From an archaeon (GTDB lineage Archaea > Nanobdellota > Nanobdellia > Woesearchaeales > UBA9642): DNA of 64,000 nucleotides. The position numbers and the translations under genes were made by a program. Position 1 is the first letter of the stretch. Every line of letters begins with the position of its first letter. The stretch lies in contig JAZDHK010000023.1 of assembly GCA_043806035.1 (NCBI GenBank), positions 21,877-85,876 on the forward strand. The letters run 5' to 3'. Shown here one piece after another: positions 17,146-27,926 of the stretch. The notes below the pieces were generated by a model that searched no databases, was not told where the DNA came from, and saw only the letters and a program-made list of their open reading frames with translations.

Positions 17146-18251
17146 ATGAACTCCTCCACGTGCTTTCTCGCCCATTCTCTTTTCTTCTGGTGTTCTGCCA
17201 AGAATGCGTTGAGCTTGTCGATGAGGATATTCTTGAGCTCGCCGGAAAGCAATTTTCCCGAGCGATAGTCGTCATGGATTTCCTTGAGTTTTGCATCATC
17301 CTCTTCAAAGAAGCGCAGCCACTGATACGCAACATCAACGTCAGGATCACCGCCATGTTTTCTGTGTTCCTCGATCGTCTCCTTCCCCCCCGAGAATGCG
17401 TACTTGTTGACCTTCTTCTTCACCTGTTCTGGAGAATCTGTAGTCCAGATGGCAGTGTTCGGGTCGGAGGCGGACATCTTGCCGTCAACCTCCATGCCGC
17501 CAAGGCCTGGCAAGAACACACCGTGCAGGATGGCCGGCTTGTAATAGCCCAGCTTGGGGAAGACATCCCTGCTCACTCTGAAGTGCGCATCCTGGTCAAT
17601 GCCCAACGGGATGAGGCAGGGGATGTTCTTCTTCTTGATGATGCTTGGCAGGATTGCGGGCACGGCCTGCATCGCCGTATAGAATATTTGGCCGATGTTC
17701 CTCTCGTTCGTGAAGCCGAAACTCGCCTTGACCGTGCTGAACGTTATCTTCTTCGCAATCTCGCATGCAGGCGCATATAGCAGTCCCGCATGTTTCGTGT
17801 CGATGAGGAAATGCGTCTTTTTTGGATTGAAGCCAAGAGCGATGATGTCCAGCATGTTCTCCTGAGTCCACTTTGCCGTATCCTGCAGCGTCAGCTCTTG
17901 CTTGAACAGGAATTTTTCCTCATCAGGGAATTGGAACCATAAGTCTACATCGAACTTGTCCTGCAGCCATTTCGTGAAGAGCCAAGGCACGAGATGCCCG
18001 ACGTGAATCGGCCCGGAAGGTGCTCTGCCCGTATAGAGAAAAAACTGCTCTCCTTTGTCATACTGGTCGAGCAGCCAATGCATGTCTCGGTGTGAGAAAA
18101 AGATGCCCCTTCTCAAGAAAGGATGGAGATCTCCTGCATGCTTCTCTATCCTGTGCAGGAGCTTCTGGTCTATCTTCTGCGTGCCGAATTCTGTGATGAG
18201 CTTGTCATAATCGATGCTGCCCTTGACTTCCCAAGGCGTGATTGTGGTCAT
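17133..18251 (-). CDS. trpS: tryptophanyl-tRNA synthetase, archaeal/eukaryotic type
   Basis: The motifs GRAPSGPIHVGHL and KMSAS are present. Confidence 0.9.
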   Translation of the reverse strand: MTTITPWEVKGSIDYDKLITEFGTQKIDQKLLHRIEKHAGDLHPFLRRGIFFSHRDMHWLLDQYDKGEQFFLYTGRAPSGPIHVGHLVPWLFTKWLQDKFDVDLWFQFPDEEKFLFKQELTLQDTAKWTQENMLDIIALGFNPKKTHFLIDTKHAGLLYAPACEIAKKITFSTVKASFGFTNERNIGQIFYTAMQAVPAILPSIIKKKNIPCLIPLGIDQDAHFRVSRDVFPKLGYYKPAILHGVFLPGLGGMEVDGKMSASDPNTAIWTTDSPEQVKKKVNKYAFSGGKETIEEHRKHGGDPDVDVAYQWLRFFEEDDAKLKEIHDDYRSGKLLSGELKNILIDKLNAFLAEHQKKREWARKHVEEFIYKG

Positions 18252-18412
18252 GGCGCATCAGCGGAACTTGCGATTAATAAATATTGTGCAAATGCGAAGA
18301 AATCACTTGTCTCTCTGTTTTTACCCTTCTACGTGTTTTCTGTAGAACGTGTCATACATGCTGCAGAGGGGAGTCTATTGGTTCCGTGCGCTAAACCAAA
18401 AAATTATTAAAC

Positions 18413-19435
18413 GTGTTATCATTGTTGGGAGAATACTTTTTGGCTGTCGGGGTGGTGGTTGTGAAATTGGGTGATTATGCAATCCTTGTGTGTTTTGTGC
18501 TTTTGTGTTGTGTTCTGTCATTGCCCACGATTGGTGCTCTTGAGCAATCACGGAGTGATGTGTCTACTGACAGGATAACCTCTCCGCTTGATGACATAAC
18601 CATTACTTCCTGCAATACACACGTATATGAGAATGGCACACGGATACTTCTTGAACAGGATATCTATTGTCAAGAGAATGAAGATGGGATTGTTCTCCAT
18701 GTGGCTTCGTTTCAGATAGATTGTCAGAATCACCGAATTGTCGGCAGAAGCCTGACCGGTGGTAGAACGAATGCAGGCATTCGCTTGCCTATAGACGGAT
18801 CATTTATTGATGAGAGCAGGATTGACAACTGTGTAATTGAGGGATTTGTTGGTGGTATATGGAAATCACCAGGACTAGATGAGTCACCAATGAACGTCAT
18901 ATTGCACAATAACACCTTGTTCAATAATAGTGTTGGCATATATGTTGACAGATACAGGGGAGGCATAACCCTCAGTAATAATACTGTGGTAAATAATATC
19001 TATGGGATTAATTGTGCGAACTCAATATTACGTGGAAATCGTATTCAAGGAAACACAGCAATCGGCGTTTTAAACCGTGATGGAGATAGTACTTTTCAGG
19101 ACAATAGAATACATGGTAATGGGATCGGAATTGAAAGCTGGCCAGATGTTGCCCTGCAAAATAATTCTGTGCAAGGTAATGGGATAGGATTATTTGTACA
19201 TGGTGAACCATCTACCAAAACTCCGCTCTCCATATCGAACAATCTTTTTTGTCACAATAGCGATGTTGACGTGTATTATGCTCATCCATTATCATTCTCT
19301 GGTTTTTTTGAGGATAACTATTGTGATATTCTTCGTTTATCTCTCGATCCGAGAGAGAATGTGATTAGGAAATTTAGTTGTATCCCTTGTGAACAAAGGC
19401 AGAATACGGAAAGCAAAGGTCACGAGCTGACGTAA
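18413..19435 (+). CDS. secreted right-handed parallel beta-helix repeat protein (NosD/pectate-lyase-like)
   Basis: An N-terminal TM/signal is followed by repeated N-N-T/S..G-I modules, and the locus is low in GC. Confidence 0.55.
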   Translation: MLSLLGEYFLAVGVVVVKLGDYAILVCFVLLCCVLSLPTIGALEQSRSDVSTDRITSPLDDITITSCNTHVYENGTRILLEQDIYCQENEDGIVLHVASFQIDCQNHRIVGRSLTGGRTNAGIRLPIDGSFIDESRIDNCVIEGFVGGIWKSPGLDESPMNVILHNNTLFNNSVGIYVDRYRGGITLSNNTVVNNIYGINCANSILRGNRIQGNTAIGVLNRDGDSTFQDNRIHGNGIGIESWPDVALQNNSVQGNGIGLFVHGEPSTKTPLSISNNLFCHNSDVDVYYAHPLSFSGFFEDNYCDILRLSLDPRENVIRKFSCIPCEQRQNTESKGHELT

Positions 19436-19469
19436 CAACGTTTATAAATGCCTTGTGGTGTTGTGAACT

Positions 19470-20243
19470 GTGTTATCTCGTAATCTGGAAAAAGCAAGAG
19501 AAGCATTTTTGCATCAGGACAAATTATCTTCCCGCCTTGCGCACGAGCAGAAATCGTCAGAGCCGCACAAGCTGCAAGGCAAATATCTCAAGAGCGCAGT
19601 GTACGGTGGCATGGATGGCATCATCACTACCTTTGCAGTCGTTGCGGGCGTGGGAGGTGCTGCGCTGTCCTCCAGCATTGTGCTCATTCTCGGCTTTGTC
19701 AATCTTATCGCTGACGGCCTGAGCATGGCCATAGGTGATTATCTCAGTACAAAATCAGAGCGCGAATATCAGAAGGCAGAACGCACGCGAGAAGCATGGG
19801 AATTAGACAATTATCCTCAAGGAGAACGCAAGGAGATGGTGGAAATCTATATGCGGAAAGGCGTAAGCAAAAAAGATGCAGAGCTTGCTGTCAAAGCATT
19901 GTCCAAGAACAGAGATGCGTTTATCAACATCATGATGGTGGAAGAGCTTGGCATCATCGAAGAGGACACGAGTCCTGTGAAGAATGCGCTCGTCACCTTC
20001 CTGAGCTTTGCCGTCTTCGGATTCGTCCCCTTATTTGCCTTTGTTTTTTCATCCCTCTTCCCCTTGCACGAGTTCCTTGCCGCAATCATACTGACTGGAG
20101 CAACCCTTTTTGCGTTGGGCGCATTGCGGACAAACTTCACGGGAAGAAACTGGCTGCTCTCGGGAACGGAAATGCTCGTCGTTGGAGGGATAGCTGCTGG
20201 AGCTGCCTATCTGATGGGTGTGTTGCTTGGCGGCCTAGTCTAG
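19470..20243 (+). CDS. VIT1/CCC1 family iron/manganese transporter
   Basis: The motif GGMDGIITTFAVVAG and the TM layout fit the family. Confidence 0.7.
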   Translation: MLSRNLEKAREAFLHQDKLSSRLAHEQKSSEPHKLQGKYLKSAVYGGMDGIITTFAVVAGVGGAALSSSIVLILGFVNLIADGLSMAIGDYLSTKSEREYQKAERTREAWELDNYPQGERKEMVEIYMRKGVSKKDAELAVKALSKNRDAFINIMMVEELGIIEEDTSPVKNALVTFLSFAVFGFVPLFAFVFSSLFPLHEFLAAIILTGATLFALGALRTNFTGRNWLLSGTEMLVVGGIAAGAAYLMGVLLGGLV

Positions 20244-20633
20244 CTTGAAGAGTTCGATGCATTCTGTATTCGGCTTGAGCATGCTTTCCGGCTGTTTTTC
20301 ATACTGGACTGCAAGGTATTCGTTGATGAGCGGTCTGATCTCTTCAAGCACTGCTTTCTTGCAATCTTGGAGATTGAACGCTGGTTTGTTCTTTCCTTTT
20401 TTCTTCCTGCCTGGCTCTGCATGAGGGACGGCAATGACTGTGTTGTTTGCAATTGTCACCACGTATCCTGAACGTTCATACCTTCTGCTGTTCCTGTGCA
20501 TCAAGTGACAATGGAATCCGAAGCCGTGATTTTCTCTTCGATCAAGATAATATTGTGGTGCGTGATATTCGCCCGAAGGAACGCTGCCATGGACGTGTAC
20601 GATGTCATAGTCATTAAGAATGTTGTCAGCCAT
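20235..20633 (-). CDS. hypothetical protein
   Basis: The product is 132 aa and His-rich, with no clear motif. Confidence 0.3.
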   Translation of the reverse strand: MADNILNDYDIVHVHGSVPSGEYHAPQYYLDRRENHGFGFHCHLMHRNSRRYERSGYVVTIANNTVIAVPHAEPGRKKKGKNKPAFNLQDCKKAVLEEIRPLINEYLAVQYEKQPESMLKPNTECIELFKLD

Positions 20634-20671
20634 GTTGGCTTATAGCGGCAAGTCTATATTATTCTTTTGGT

Positions 20672-22135
20672 TTAGATTTCGTACTTGACGCCTTTCTTCA
20701 TGACGATGACCGTCTCTGGAGCATAGCCTGCCTCGATGATGCTGTCTCTAAGAGCGTAGCATGCTTCTTTCTCACCGTGCTTGATGAAGATTCCCTTGAA
20801 CTGCTTCCCTTGCCCTGGAGGGTGGATATGCTTGAGATGCGCGATGATTTCATCTTTGTCAGCATGTCCGGAAAGGCCACCCATCTTTCGCACTTCTGCG
20901 TTGTTCTCGATCATTTCGCCATCGAAATAGATTTCTTTTGCTCCTCTCTTCAATGCATCTGCTCTCGTCCCAGGACTTGCGTAGCCCGTTAGGAGAACCA
21001 TGGTTGTCGGATTAGAGATGGTCTTTGCGAGAATAGGAACTACTCTTCCCATCTCGCACATGCCTGAGCTTGCGATGATGGCATACGGTGGTTGCGCATT
21101 GTCCAGCACTTCATAAGTCTCTGCCATTTTCTTGTGGTGAATGAGCCCGGGGAATTCGAAAGGATTATTGTTCTTTCTTTCGAATTCTTCGAGTGCACGC
21201 TCATCGAGATCTTTTATGTGTTTCAGAATGATCCTGCTGACTGTGTTTGCTGTGGGGCTGCTGCTATAGATGGGCATCTCAGGTAGTCGTCCTTCCTCGT
21301 GCAGCCGGTAGAGAAAATTCCACAGCATGTGTGTTCGCATGATGCTAAATGCGGGGATGATGAGCCTGCCTTTCTGATCGTACGTGTCCTGCACTGCTTT
21401 CTCCAATGTGGAGATGGACTCCTCAAGGGGTCCGTGCACTCTGTTGCCGTACGTGCTTTCGATGACGATATAATCGATGTCGCCAGGAAATTCTGTTTCG
21501 GGATAGCGAACGAGCGGAATGTCAGCAACAGGATGTCCTAATATCTTGTAGTCCGTCCTGCCAAGATCGAATGAGGTAAGCAGTTTTTTTGGTCCTTCTT
21601 TTGTGTCAATGGTGAAGAGGATCTGTGCGCTGCCCGGGATGTGTCCTGCATCATAGAATGTTGCTGTTGCATTGGGAAGTTGGAATTGTTCATGGTAGTC
21701 GTGTTGGAGCACTTGTGCCATGGTCTTGTTGACATCATCAGTGGTGTATTCTGCCTTTTTGAAAGGAACATATTCTCCTTTTTTCGGGCCGAATTGTATT
21801 CTCTTGCCTCTGATGGACTTGTTGTACATATAGACAGAGCCCACGTCTTGCTTGAGCTGCATTTCGGTGATGTCGTATGTCTCTGGAGTGGCATGGATGG
21901 GACCGTCAAAGGCTCTGTTGAGATTCATGAGCTCTCCTATGTGGTCTAAATGGCCGTGCGTTAAGACTACTGCGTCGATGCTTTTCGGGTTGAATGGCAG
22001 CATCTTTGTTTCGTGAGAATAATCCTTGCCCATATCGATCAGAATGTTCTTTCCGTCAACACAAAGCAGCAGTTTGCTGCCGGGAACGGTCTCTGCCGCG
22101 CCGTATTCCGCTATAGTGACTTCCGGGCCTTTCAT
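20672..22135 (-). CDS. beta-CASP family MBL-fold ribonuclease (RNase J / aCPSF-like)
   Basis: The motif LTHGHLDHIG is present, and the 487-aa length is consistent with a beta-CASP architecture. Confidence 0.75.
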   Translation of the reverse strand: MKGPEVTIAEYGAAETVPGSKLLLCVDGKNILIDMGKDYSHETKMLPFNPKSIDAVVLTHGHLDHIGELMNLNRAFDGPIHATPETYDITEMQLKQDVGSVYMYNKSIRGKRIQFGPKKGEYVPFKKAEYTTDDVNKTMAQVLQHDYHEQFQLPNATATFYDAGHIPGSAQILFTIDTKEGPKKLLTSFDLGRTDYKILGHPVADIPLVRYPETEFPGDIDYIVIESTYGNRVHGPLEESISTLEKAVQDTYDQKGRLIIPAFSIMRTHMLWNFLYRLHEEGRLPEMPIYSSSPTANTVSRIILKHIKDLDERALEEFERKNNNPFEFPGLIHHKKMAETYEVLDNAQPPYAIIASSGMCEMGRVVPILAKTISNPTTMVLLTGYASPGTRADALKRGAKEIYFDGEMIENNAEVRKMGGLSGHADKDEIIAHLKHIHPPGQGKQFKGIFIKHGEKEACYALRDSIIEAGYAPETVIVMKKGVKYEI

Positions 22136-22259
22136 ATGTATAACGAATGCACGTTCCTTTTTAAAGCTTTCTAATTGTAACTACTGATTAGTTAATATTT
22201 TATCGAGGTGTGTGCTGTGTACACGATATTCTGTAAAGAAAAAAGGAGGCTCTTCCTCC

Positions 22260-22440
22260 TCACCTCTTTTCTCGGAAGGTATTTTGCTCTTGCTGATACC
22301 AGCCAGCATAATATTCCTCATAGCCAAAATCAAAGCCAGTAAATTCTTTGGTAGCTTGTGGCTGAGGTAGGTAGTCTAGTGTGTGTTCTTCTTTCTCAGA
22401 TGACTGTCGTTCGGGAGGTTGTTGTGCTGTGTTGTCCATG
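22260..22440 (-). CDS. possible small Gln/Tyr/Glu-rich protein between the beta-CASP gene and tfb
   Basis: A 59-codon ORF (MDNTAQQPPERQ...) fills an otherwise unannotated 300-bp gap. Confidence 0.15.
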
Positions 22441-22443
22441 TGA

Positions 22444-23367
22444 TCACTTCTTCTTCTTTTTCGCTTTCTTGATTTCTTTTTCCAAGTTCAGCTTGTCCAG
22501 AAGTTCTTTGTACCTGTTTCTGATCGTGACTTCAGTAACGCCGGCGACATCAGCGACCTCTCGTTGCGTTCGTTTCTCGCCGTTGATCAGAGCGGCGACG
22601 TACAGGCCTGCTGCGGCAATGCCTGTAGGCCCTCTGCCTGATGTCAGCTCGATCTTCTGTGCTGTTTCGATGATCTCCACAGACTTCGATTGTGTCTCAG
22701 CGCTCAAGTTCAGCGCAGAAGCGAATCGTGCTATATAGTCGCTCGGATTGCTCGGAAGGATGGTGATACCTAGCTCTCTAGTAATAAATCGGTACGTCCT
22801 GCCTATCTCTTTCTTCTCGATGCCTGATGCTTCGTTGAACTCATCAAGCGTTCGGGGCACTTCATGACGCCTGCACGCAGCATACAATGCCCCTGCGACG
22901 ACACTTTCCATGCTCCTGCCACGAACGAGCCCTTTCTGCACGGCAAGCGTGTAGATGCGCGAGGCTTCTTCCTCGACACTAGAAGGTAATTTGAGATAAG
23001 AGGAGACTCTCTTGAGCTCAGCCAAGGCCAATTTGAGGTTCCTTTCGATGGCAGTGTTGATTCGGTGCTGCCACTTCCTGAGCCTGAAGAATTTGCTCTT
23101 GTTCGCTCCACCTAATTGGTAGAGGTCTGACTTCTTGCCAACGTCTGTACCTAGTCCTTGGTCGAACTGCGTGTACGTCATGGGCGCGCCGGTCCTTCGC
23201 TTCCGGGCAGCAGCTTCTGAGTCGAATTCTCGCCATTCCTGGTCGAAATCGACCATTTTCTCTTCAACGACGAGTCCGCACTCTCTGCAGGTGATTTCTC
23301 CTCTATCTTTGTTCCAAAGCAGATTGATACTTCCGCATTCTGGGCATTTCTTGACAAATTGTGCCAT
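22444..23367 (-). CDS. tfb: transcription initiation factor IIB
   Basis: The Zn ribbon CPECG..CRECG, cyclin folds and a Lys-rich tail are present. The start is taken at MAQF. Confidence 0.95.
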   Translation of the reverse strand: MAQFVKKCPECGSINLLWNKDRGEITCRECGLVVEEKMVDFDQEWREFDSEAAARKRRTGAPMTYTQFDQGLGTDVGKKSDLYQLGGANKSKFFRLRKWQHRINTAIERNLKLALAELKRVSSYLKLPSSVEEEASRIYTLAVQKGLVRGRSMESVVAGALYAACRRHEVPRTLDEFNEASGIEKKEIGRTYRFITRELGITILPSNPSDYIARFASALNLSAETQSKSVEIIETAQKIELTSGRGPTGIAAAGLYVAALINGEKRTQREVADVAGVTEVTIRNRYKELLDKLNLEKEIKKAKKKKK

Positions 23368-23580
23368 GCTTTTACCCCCAACATGAACAATTATGCTATT
23401 AGTTATGTTCCAGCACAACTAATTTTATAAAGGAAATCCGCTTTTACTATATAAACCTTTCGGTTTTTTACAATAGATTTTTAAAACTTGCGCCTATTTC
23501 GTAACCACAACAAAGTGATACTTGTGTTTTGTTTTTTTTGTTTAGGTAGATTTTTATATCAGCTGCATTCCAGCAAAGCT

Positions 23581-24264
23581 ATGGCAAAACTTGTTTTGGT
23601 ACGGCACGGCCAAAGCGTATGGAACCTCGCCCCGAACTTTACAGGATGGGTTGATGTACTCTTGACTCCACAAGGAAGAGCAGAAGCAGAAGCTGCAGGA
23701 AAGGCACTCGTCAAAACAAACCTGACTTTTGATGCTATCTTCACCTCGACATTGATACGTGCACATGAGACCTTGCTGCATCTTCTCTATCAGCTGCACC
23801 TAGAGAAGACACTCATCTTTCATTCGGAATATCCTGATCTGGAGCAATGGGCACATCATGCTGCCAAGGAAAGCATCCTTCCTGTCTTCAAGGCAAAAGC
23901 GCTGAATGAACGCTACTATGGCGACCTCCAAGGATTAAACAAGAATGAAACTATCGCAAAATATGGCGCGCAACAAGTACACATCTGGAGAAGAAGCTAC
24001 AGCACTCCGCCTCCGAATGGAGAAAACCTTAAGGAAACGTGTGCCAGAGCCATTCCCTACTATCAAGAGCGTATCCTGCCATTGCTTAACCAGGACAAGA
24101 ACGTCCTCGTCGTAGCGCATGGTAATTCCTTGCGGGGCATCATCATGTATCTCGAGAACATTTCCGAGACAGATGTTTCCAACCTAGAAATTCCGTTAGG
24201 CGTTCCTATCGTTTATGAGATAGTTCAGGGAAAGATACTAAATAAAAGTATATTGGAAACGTGA
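23581..24264 (+). CDS. gpmA: 2,3-bisphosphoglycerate-dependent phosphoglycerate mutase (histidine phosphatase family)
   Basis: The signature LVRHGQSVWN is present, and an AT-rich promoter region lies upstream. Confidence 0.8.
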   Translation: MAKLVLVRHGQSVWNLAPNFTGWVDVLLTPQGRAEAEAAGKALVKTNLTFDAIFTSTLIRAHETLLHLLYQLHLEKTLIFHSEYPDLEQWAHHAAKESILPVFKAKALNERYYGDLQGLNKNETIAKYGAQQVHIWRRSYSTPPPNGENLKETCARAIPYYQERILPLLNQDKNVLVVAHGNSLRGIIMYLENISETDVSNLEIPLGVPIVYEIVQGKILNKSILET

Positions 24265-24286
24265 TGCTTTTCAGTGATTCTGCTCC

Positions 24287-24991
24287 TCAAATTCTCTTGT
24301 ACTTGAAATAATTATCGACGTCGTCTTTGCTTAATTCTATGGTTTTGGGAGCTGTTCGCGCACGTTTTGTGCTTGCGGGCTTTCTTTTTGTATAGCCGCT
24401 TTTTCGTAGCTGCATGAGCAGGAAGTAGCCGTAGCCAAGACCTATCGCAAGCCCTGCAAGATGCGCGATGTTCGCAATGCCTGAAGGAACGAAGATGCCG
24501 AAGATGTCGATTGCGGCAAAGATGATCCCTGCAATCCTGAGCGACATGGGGATGAAGAACAAGAAGAGAACGGGGAGGTCGGGCATGAGGATGATGGTTA
24601 TGCCAAGGATGCCCATGATGGCGCCGCTCGCTCCCAACACTGCGTTGTAGAAGAAGACGCTAACAATGGACGCAAAAAGCCCTGCGGCAAAATAGCCGAC
24701 TAGGAATCTCCTCGTGCCTATCCTGCGCTCCACTAATGATCCGAACATGAGCAGCGCATACATGTTGAAGAGCAAATGCATAAGGTCGGCGTGCAGGAAC
24801 ATGCTCGTCACGAGAATCCACGGCCGGGCAAGGACGTCTGAAGAGACGAGCACGAACGTTTGCGTGAAGCCTTTGAACAGCTGCTGGATGATGAACACGA
24901 GTATGTTGATAAGCAGTAGCGGCACGACGGCATTTCTCAATAATCTCATGTCTGCGAGAGCGGGGTGATGGCTTAAAAGCGTTTCGGTCAT
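24287..24991 (-). CDS. rhomboid family intramembrane serine protease
   Basis: GASGAIMGILG (GxSG) and a histidine in AHLAGL are present. Confidence 0.8.
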   Translation of the reverse strand: MTETLLSHHPALADMRLLRNAVVPLLLINILVFIIQQLFKGFTQTFVLVSSDVLARPWILVTSMFLHADLMHLLFNMYALLMFGSLVERRIGTRRFLVGYFAAGLFASIVSVFFYNAVLGASGAIMGILGITIILMPDLPVLFLFFIPMSLRIAGIIFAAIDIFGIFVPSGIANIAHLAGLAIGLGYGYFLLMQLRKSGYTKRKPASTKRARTAPKTIELSKDDVDNYFKYKRI

Positions 24992-25177
24992 CATGGGCTC
25001 CGTACTCAATCTCTTTTGCATCCCGCTCCGCACAGAAGAGCATGCAGATGCACGCATACGAGTCGGCACGTAACGGAATTGTTTGTTGATTGCTTCGCTC
25101 GGGGATGCACGAGACTCTGAGGATGGAGCAGGTCATCGTGACGAAACATAACGCTTATAAAAGCGTACGTTCAAGAA

Positions 25178-25741
25178 GTGGTCGTGTTCAACCTCAAGAA
25201 CCTCGATGAGCATCTGGACAGCAACGAAAAGGTGCTGCTCTTTTTTAGGCCGTCACGAAGAGCGTACCTGCTGCAGTATGCGCTCATCATTCTGCTGATA
25301 CTGCTCTGTCTTTTCTTGCTCTCTTCCTCTTTCTTCTTGAGACTGAGCATGCTGCTGCGCTACGCATCCTTCGTCATTTTCATCGTCTGCATCGTCCTGC
25401 TCGTACGAGTTGAGTACCGTATCTGGTCGAGACGCTACGCATTGAGCTCTGATCGTTTGCTCTACAGCAGAGGCATTTTTTCCGAGACGTTCATGAGCGC
25501 GAGCTATGCGTTCATCACGGACATTCGTTTCCGTCAGAGCTTTTGGGACAAGCTCATGAATACGGGAACTATTGCGGTAGATACTGCGGGGACGGACAGG
25601 ATAGAGATACGCTACAGAAAAGTCAACAACCCGCTGGAAGTCAAGCGGATGATCAATGACTTGCAGGGACAAAACATAAAAACAGCTTCTCCCTTACAAA
25701 AGCGTGCACAAGGCAATTCTCTACGAAAAGAAAGAGCATGA
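25178..25741 (+). CDS. membrane protein with bacterial-type PH (YdbT-like) domain
   Basis: Two TM helices are followed by a compact domain. Confidence 0.4.
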   Translation: MVVFNLKNLDEHLDSNEKVLLFFRPSRRAYLLQYALIILLILLCLFLLSSSFFLRLSMLLRYASFVIFIVCIVLLVRVEYRIWSRRYALSSDRLLYSRGIFSETFMSASYAFITDIRFRQSFWDKLMNTGTIAVDTAGTDRIEIRYRKVNNPLEVKRMINDLQGQNIKTASPLQKRAQGNSLRKERA

Positions 25742-26738
25742 TCTCGTCCGCTGCACGGCCTGCCAGAATTACTGCGTTATTGCGAAGGACACGAGCGGCG
25801 TTTGCGGCGTGCGGAGGAACATTGATGGTGATCTCTGCTTGCTCGTGTATGGGCAAGCAAGCGCTGCAAATGTTGATCCTATTGAGAAAAAGCCGCTCTA
25901 CCACGTCCTGCCTGGAGAATCTGTCTTTACGATAGGGACTGTTGGCTGTAATTTCTCCTGCCAGTTCTGCCAGAATTGGGATATTAGCCAGGTGACAAAA
26001 GGATTACGGAAAAAGCCACTCGAGCACACTAAAGAGCTACTCGCTTACGGTTACAAGCTCTCCCCTCAGGACATCATTGACATCTGCAAAAAACAGCGCA
26101 TCCCTGCAGTCGCTTTCAGCTACAATGAGCCTGCAATCTTTTTCGAGTACGCGTATGACACGATGCTGCTTGCCAAGAAGGAGGGCATCAAGACCGTTTT
26201 TGTCAGTAATGGGTATGCGAGCAATGAGTCCTTGGACAAGCTTGCAGGACTTCTCGATGCAATCAATATAGACCTGAAGAGTTTCAAAGACGAATTCTAC
26301 AGGAAGCATTCGCAGGCACGCCTGCAACCCGTGCTGGACACGATCAAACGATGCCACGACCTCGGCATCTGGGTAGAAGTGACGACGCTCTTCATTCCCG
26401 GAGAGAATGATGCTGGTCAAGAGATGCGTGACATCATAACGTTCATTGCAGGCATCGATGTCAACATCCCTTGGCACATCTCCGCGTTCCACCCTTCGTA
26501 CAAGATGCTTGACAAGCAACCGACACCTCACGAAACCCTGAAGAGAGCGTATCATTTGGGCAGGGAGAAGCTGCATTTCGTCTATGTGGGAAATGTGCAC
26601 GATCCAGAACGGAGTGCCACGTATTGTCCACATTGCGAGAAGAAGGTCATTGAGCGGCACGGCAGTGCAGTGCACAATAGTTTGAGTAAGCAGGCATGCC
26701 CGTTCTGCAACACGGCCATTCCCGGAATTTTCAAATAG
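25704..26738 (+). CDS. amrS: AmmeMemoRadiSam system radical SAM enzyme
   Basis: The cluster motif CNFSCQFCQNW (Cx3Cx2C), an N-terminal CxxC pair and the 344-aa length fit. Memo and AMMECR1 genes lie downstream. Confidence 0.7.
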   Translation: MHKAILYEKKEHDLVRCTACQNYCVIAKDTSGVCGVRRNIDGDLCLLVYGQASAANVDPIEKKPLYHVLPGESVFTIGTVGCNFSCQFCQNWDISQVTKGLRKKPLEHTKELLAYGYKLSPQDIIDICKKQRIPAVAFSYNEPAIFFEYAYDTMLLAKKEGIKTVFVSNGYASNESLDKLAGLLDAINIDLKSFKDEFYRKHSQARLQPVLDTIKRCHDLGIWVEVTTLFIPGENDAGQEMRDIITFIAGIDVNIPWHISAFHPSYKMLDKQPTPHETLKRAYHLGREKLHFVYVGNVHDPERSATYCPHCEKKVIERHGSAVHNSLSKQACPFCNTAIPGIFK

Positions 26739-26778
26739 AATCACTTTTAAGTAGTAAAATTTATAAATTGGGTGTGTT

Positions 26779-27141
26779 TTGTTCTGCAGCATGGACCCAA
26801 TAGCACGTTTTGAACTGGGCATACGGCATGTCGCTAGACGATATGCCAACCGAGAAGGATATGGCAATCAGCGCAAAGGACCCAATATTGATATTGGTGA
26901 AAAAACTATCCTGCAGGAAATCTATGACCTTCCTCGTTCACACTCCAGCTTCCTCCTTCCCATCTACATCGACAGAGCTGCCAAGACGATAACGCTTCCC
27001 GGCCCTCTCGACAATACTGGAAAACGGGGCAAGCCTCGCGTCTATAAGAACCCCGAAGCGGCAGTGAGAGTATATGAGTGGCTCTGGCTCGAGACGCACA
27101 GGCACTGTGCGCTTGAGGAATTATCCCTTCTCCCTCAGTAG
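26779..27141 (+). CDS. hypothetical small basic protein between amrS and memo
   Basis: GKRGKPRVYKNPE is AT-hook-like. Confidence 0.3.
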   Translation: MFCSMDPIARFELGIRHVARRYANREGYGNQRKGPNIDIGEKTILQEIYDLPRSHSSFLLPIYIDRAAKTITLPGPLDNTGKRGKPRVYKNPEAAVRVYEWLWLETHRHCALEELSLLPQ

Positions 27142-27161
27142 AAACGGAAACACATAAGTAC

Positions 27162-27926
27162 TTGCTCATCTCAAGACAATGCATGGGCGTGCGCAAGCCT
27201 GCAGTCGCTGGCACCTTCTATCCTGGCAGTGAAGAGCTTCTGCGCAGCATGATACATGAGTTTATGCAGGCCTGCAAGAAAATGAAATTCTCGCCAAAAG
27301 CGCTCATTGTTCCACATGCGGGATATGTGTATTCTGGAATAGTGGCAGCGGCAGGCTATCACCTCCTCCAGGGAAAAACCTACGAACGAGTCATCCTGCT
27401 CGGTCCCAGCCACCGACTCCCTTTCTACGGAGCAGCATTCGACAGCAGCCAAAGTTGGGAGACCCCTCTCGGCAACGTCCCCGTCAGCAACTTTTACGCG
27501 GAACACATCAAGATCCTTCCCCAGGCGCATGTGAAAGAGCACAGCATCGAGGTACAGCTGCCCTTCCTCCAGTACGTGCTCAAAGACTTCAGCATAGCTC
27601 CCATCGCCATGGGCAGCTCAGCACCGATACAGGACGACTTGCAGAATGCACTCTCCGACAAGACCTTGTTCGTCGTGAGTTCAGACCTGAGCCATTACCA
27701 TGACTATGACACGGCAAAAAGCATGGATGGGCAGACCATAGACAAAATACGCAAGCTCACCTGTGTGAATTACGAAGAGGCATGCGGCGCGGATGGCATC
27801 AACGCACTCATAGCCCTCGCTAAAAAAAACAAGTGGACTCCTGCACTGGTCGAGTACAAGAACTCAGGAGACACTGCAGGAGACAAGAAACAGGTGGTGG
27901 GCTATGCCTGCATCGCATTCTCGTGA
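27162..27926 (+). CDS. amrB: Memo-like protein (AmmeMemoRadiSam system protein B)
   Basis: The motifs KPAVAGTFYPGS and LIVPHAGYVYSG are present. Confidence 0.8.
   Translation: MLISRQCMGVRKPAVAGTFYPGSEELLRSMIHEFMQACKKMKFSPKALIVPHAGYVYSGIVAAAGYHLLQGKTYERVILLGPSHRLPFYGAAFDSSQSWETPLGNVPVSNFYAEHIKILPQAHVKEHSIEVQLPFLQYVLKDFSIAPIAMGSSAPIQDDLQNALSDKTLFVVSSDLSHYHDYDTAKSMDGQTIDKIRKLTCVNYEEACGADGINALIALAKKNKWTPALVEYKNSGDTAGDKKQVVGYACIAFS

Noticed and set aside
22358-22738. 126-aa plus-strand ORF upstream of and inside tfb
   Set aside because: It is antisense to tfb and poly-Phe/low-complexity.
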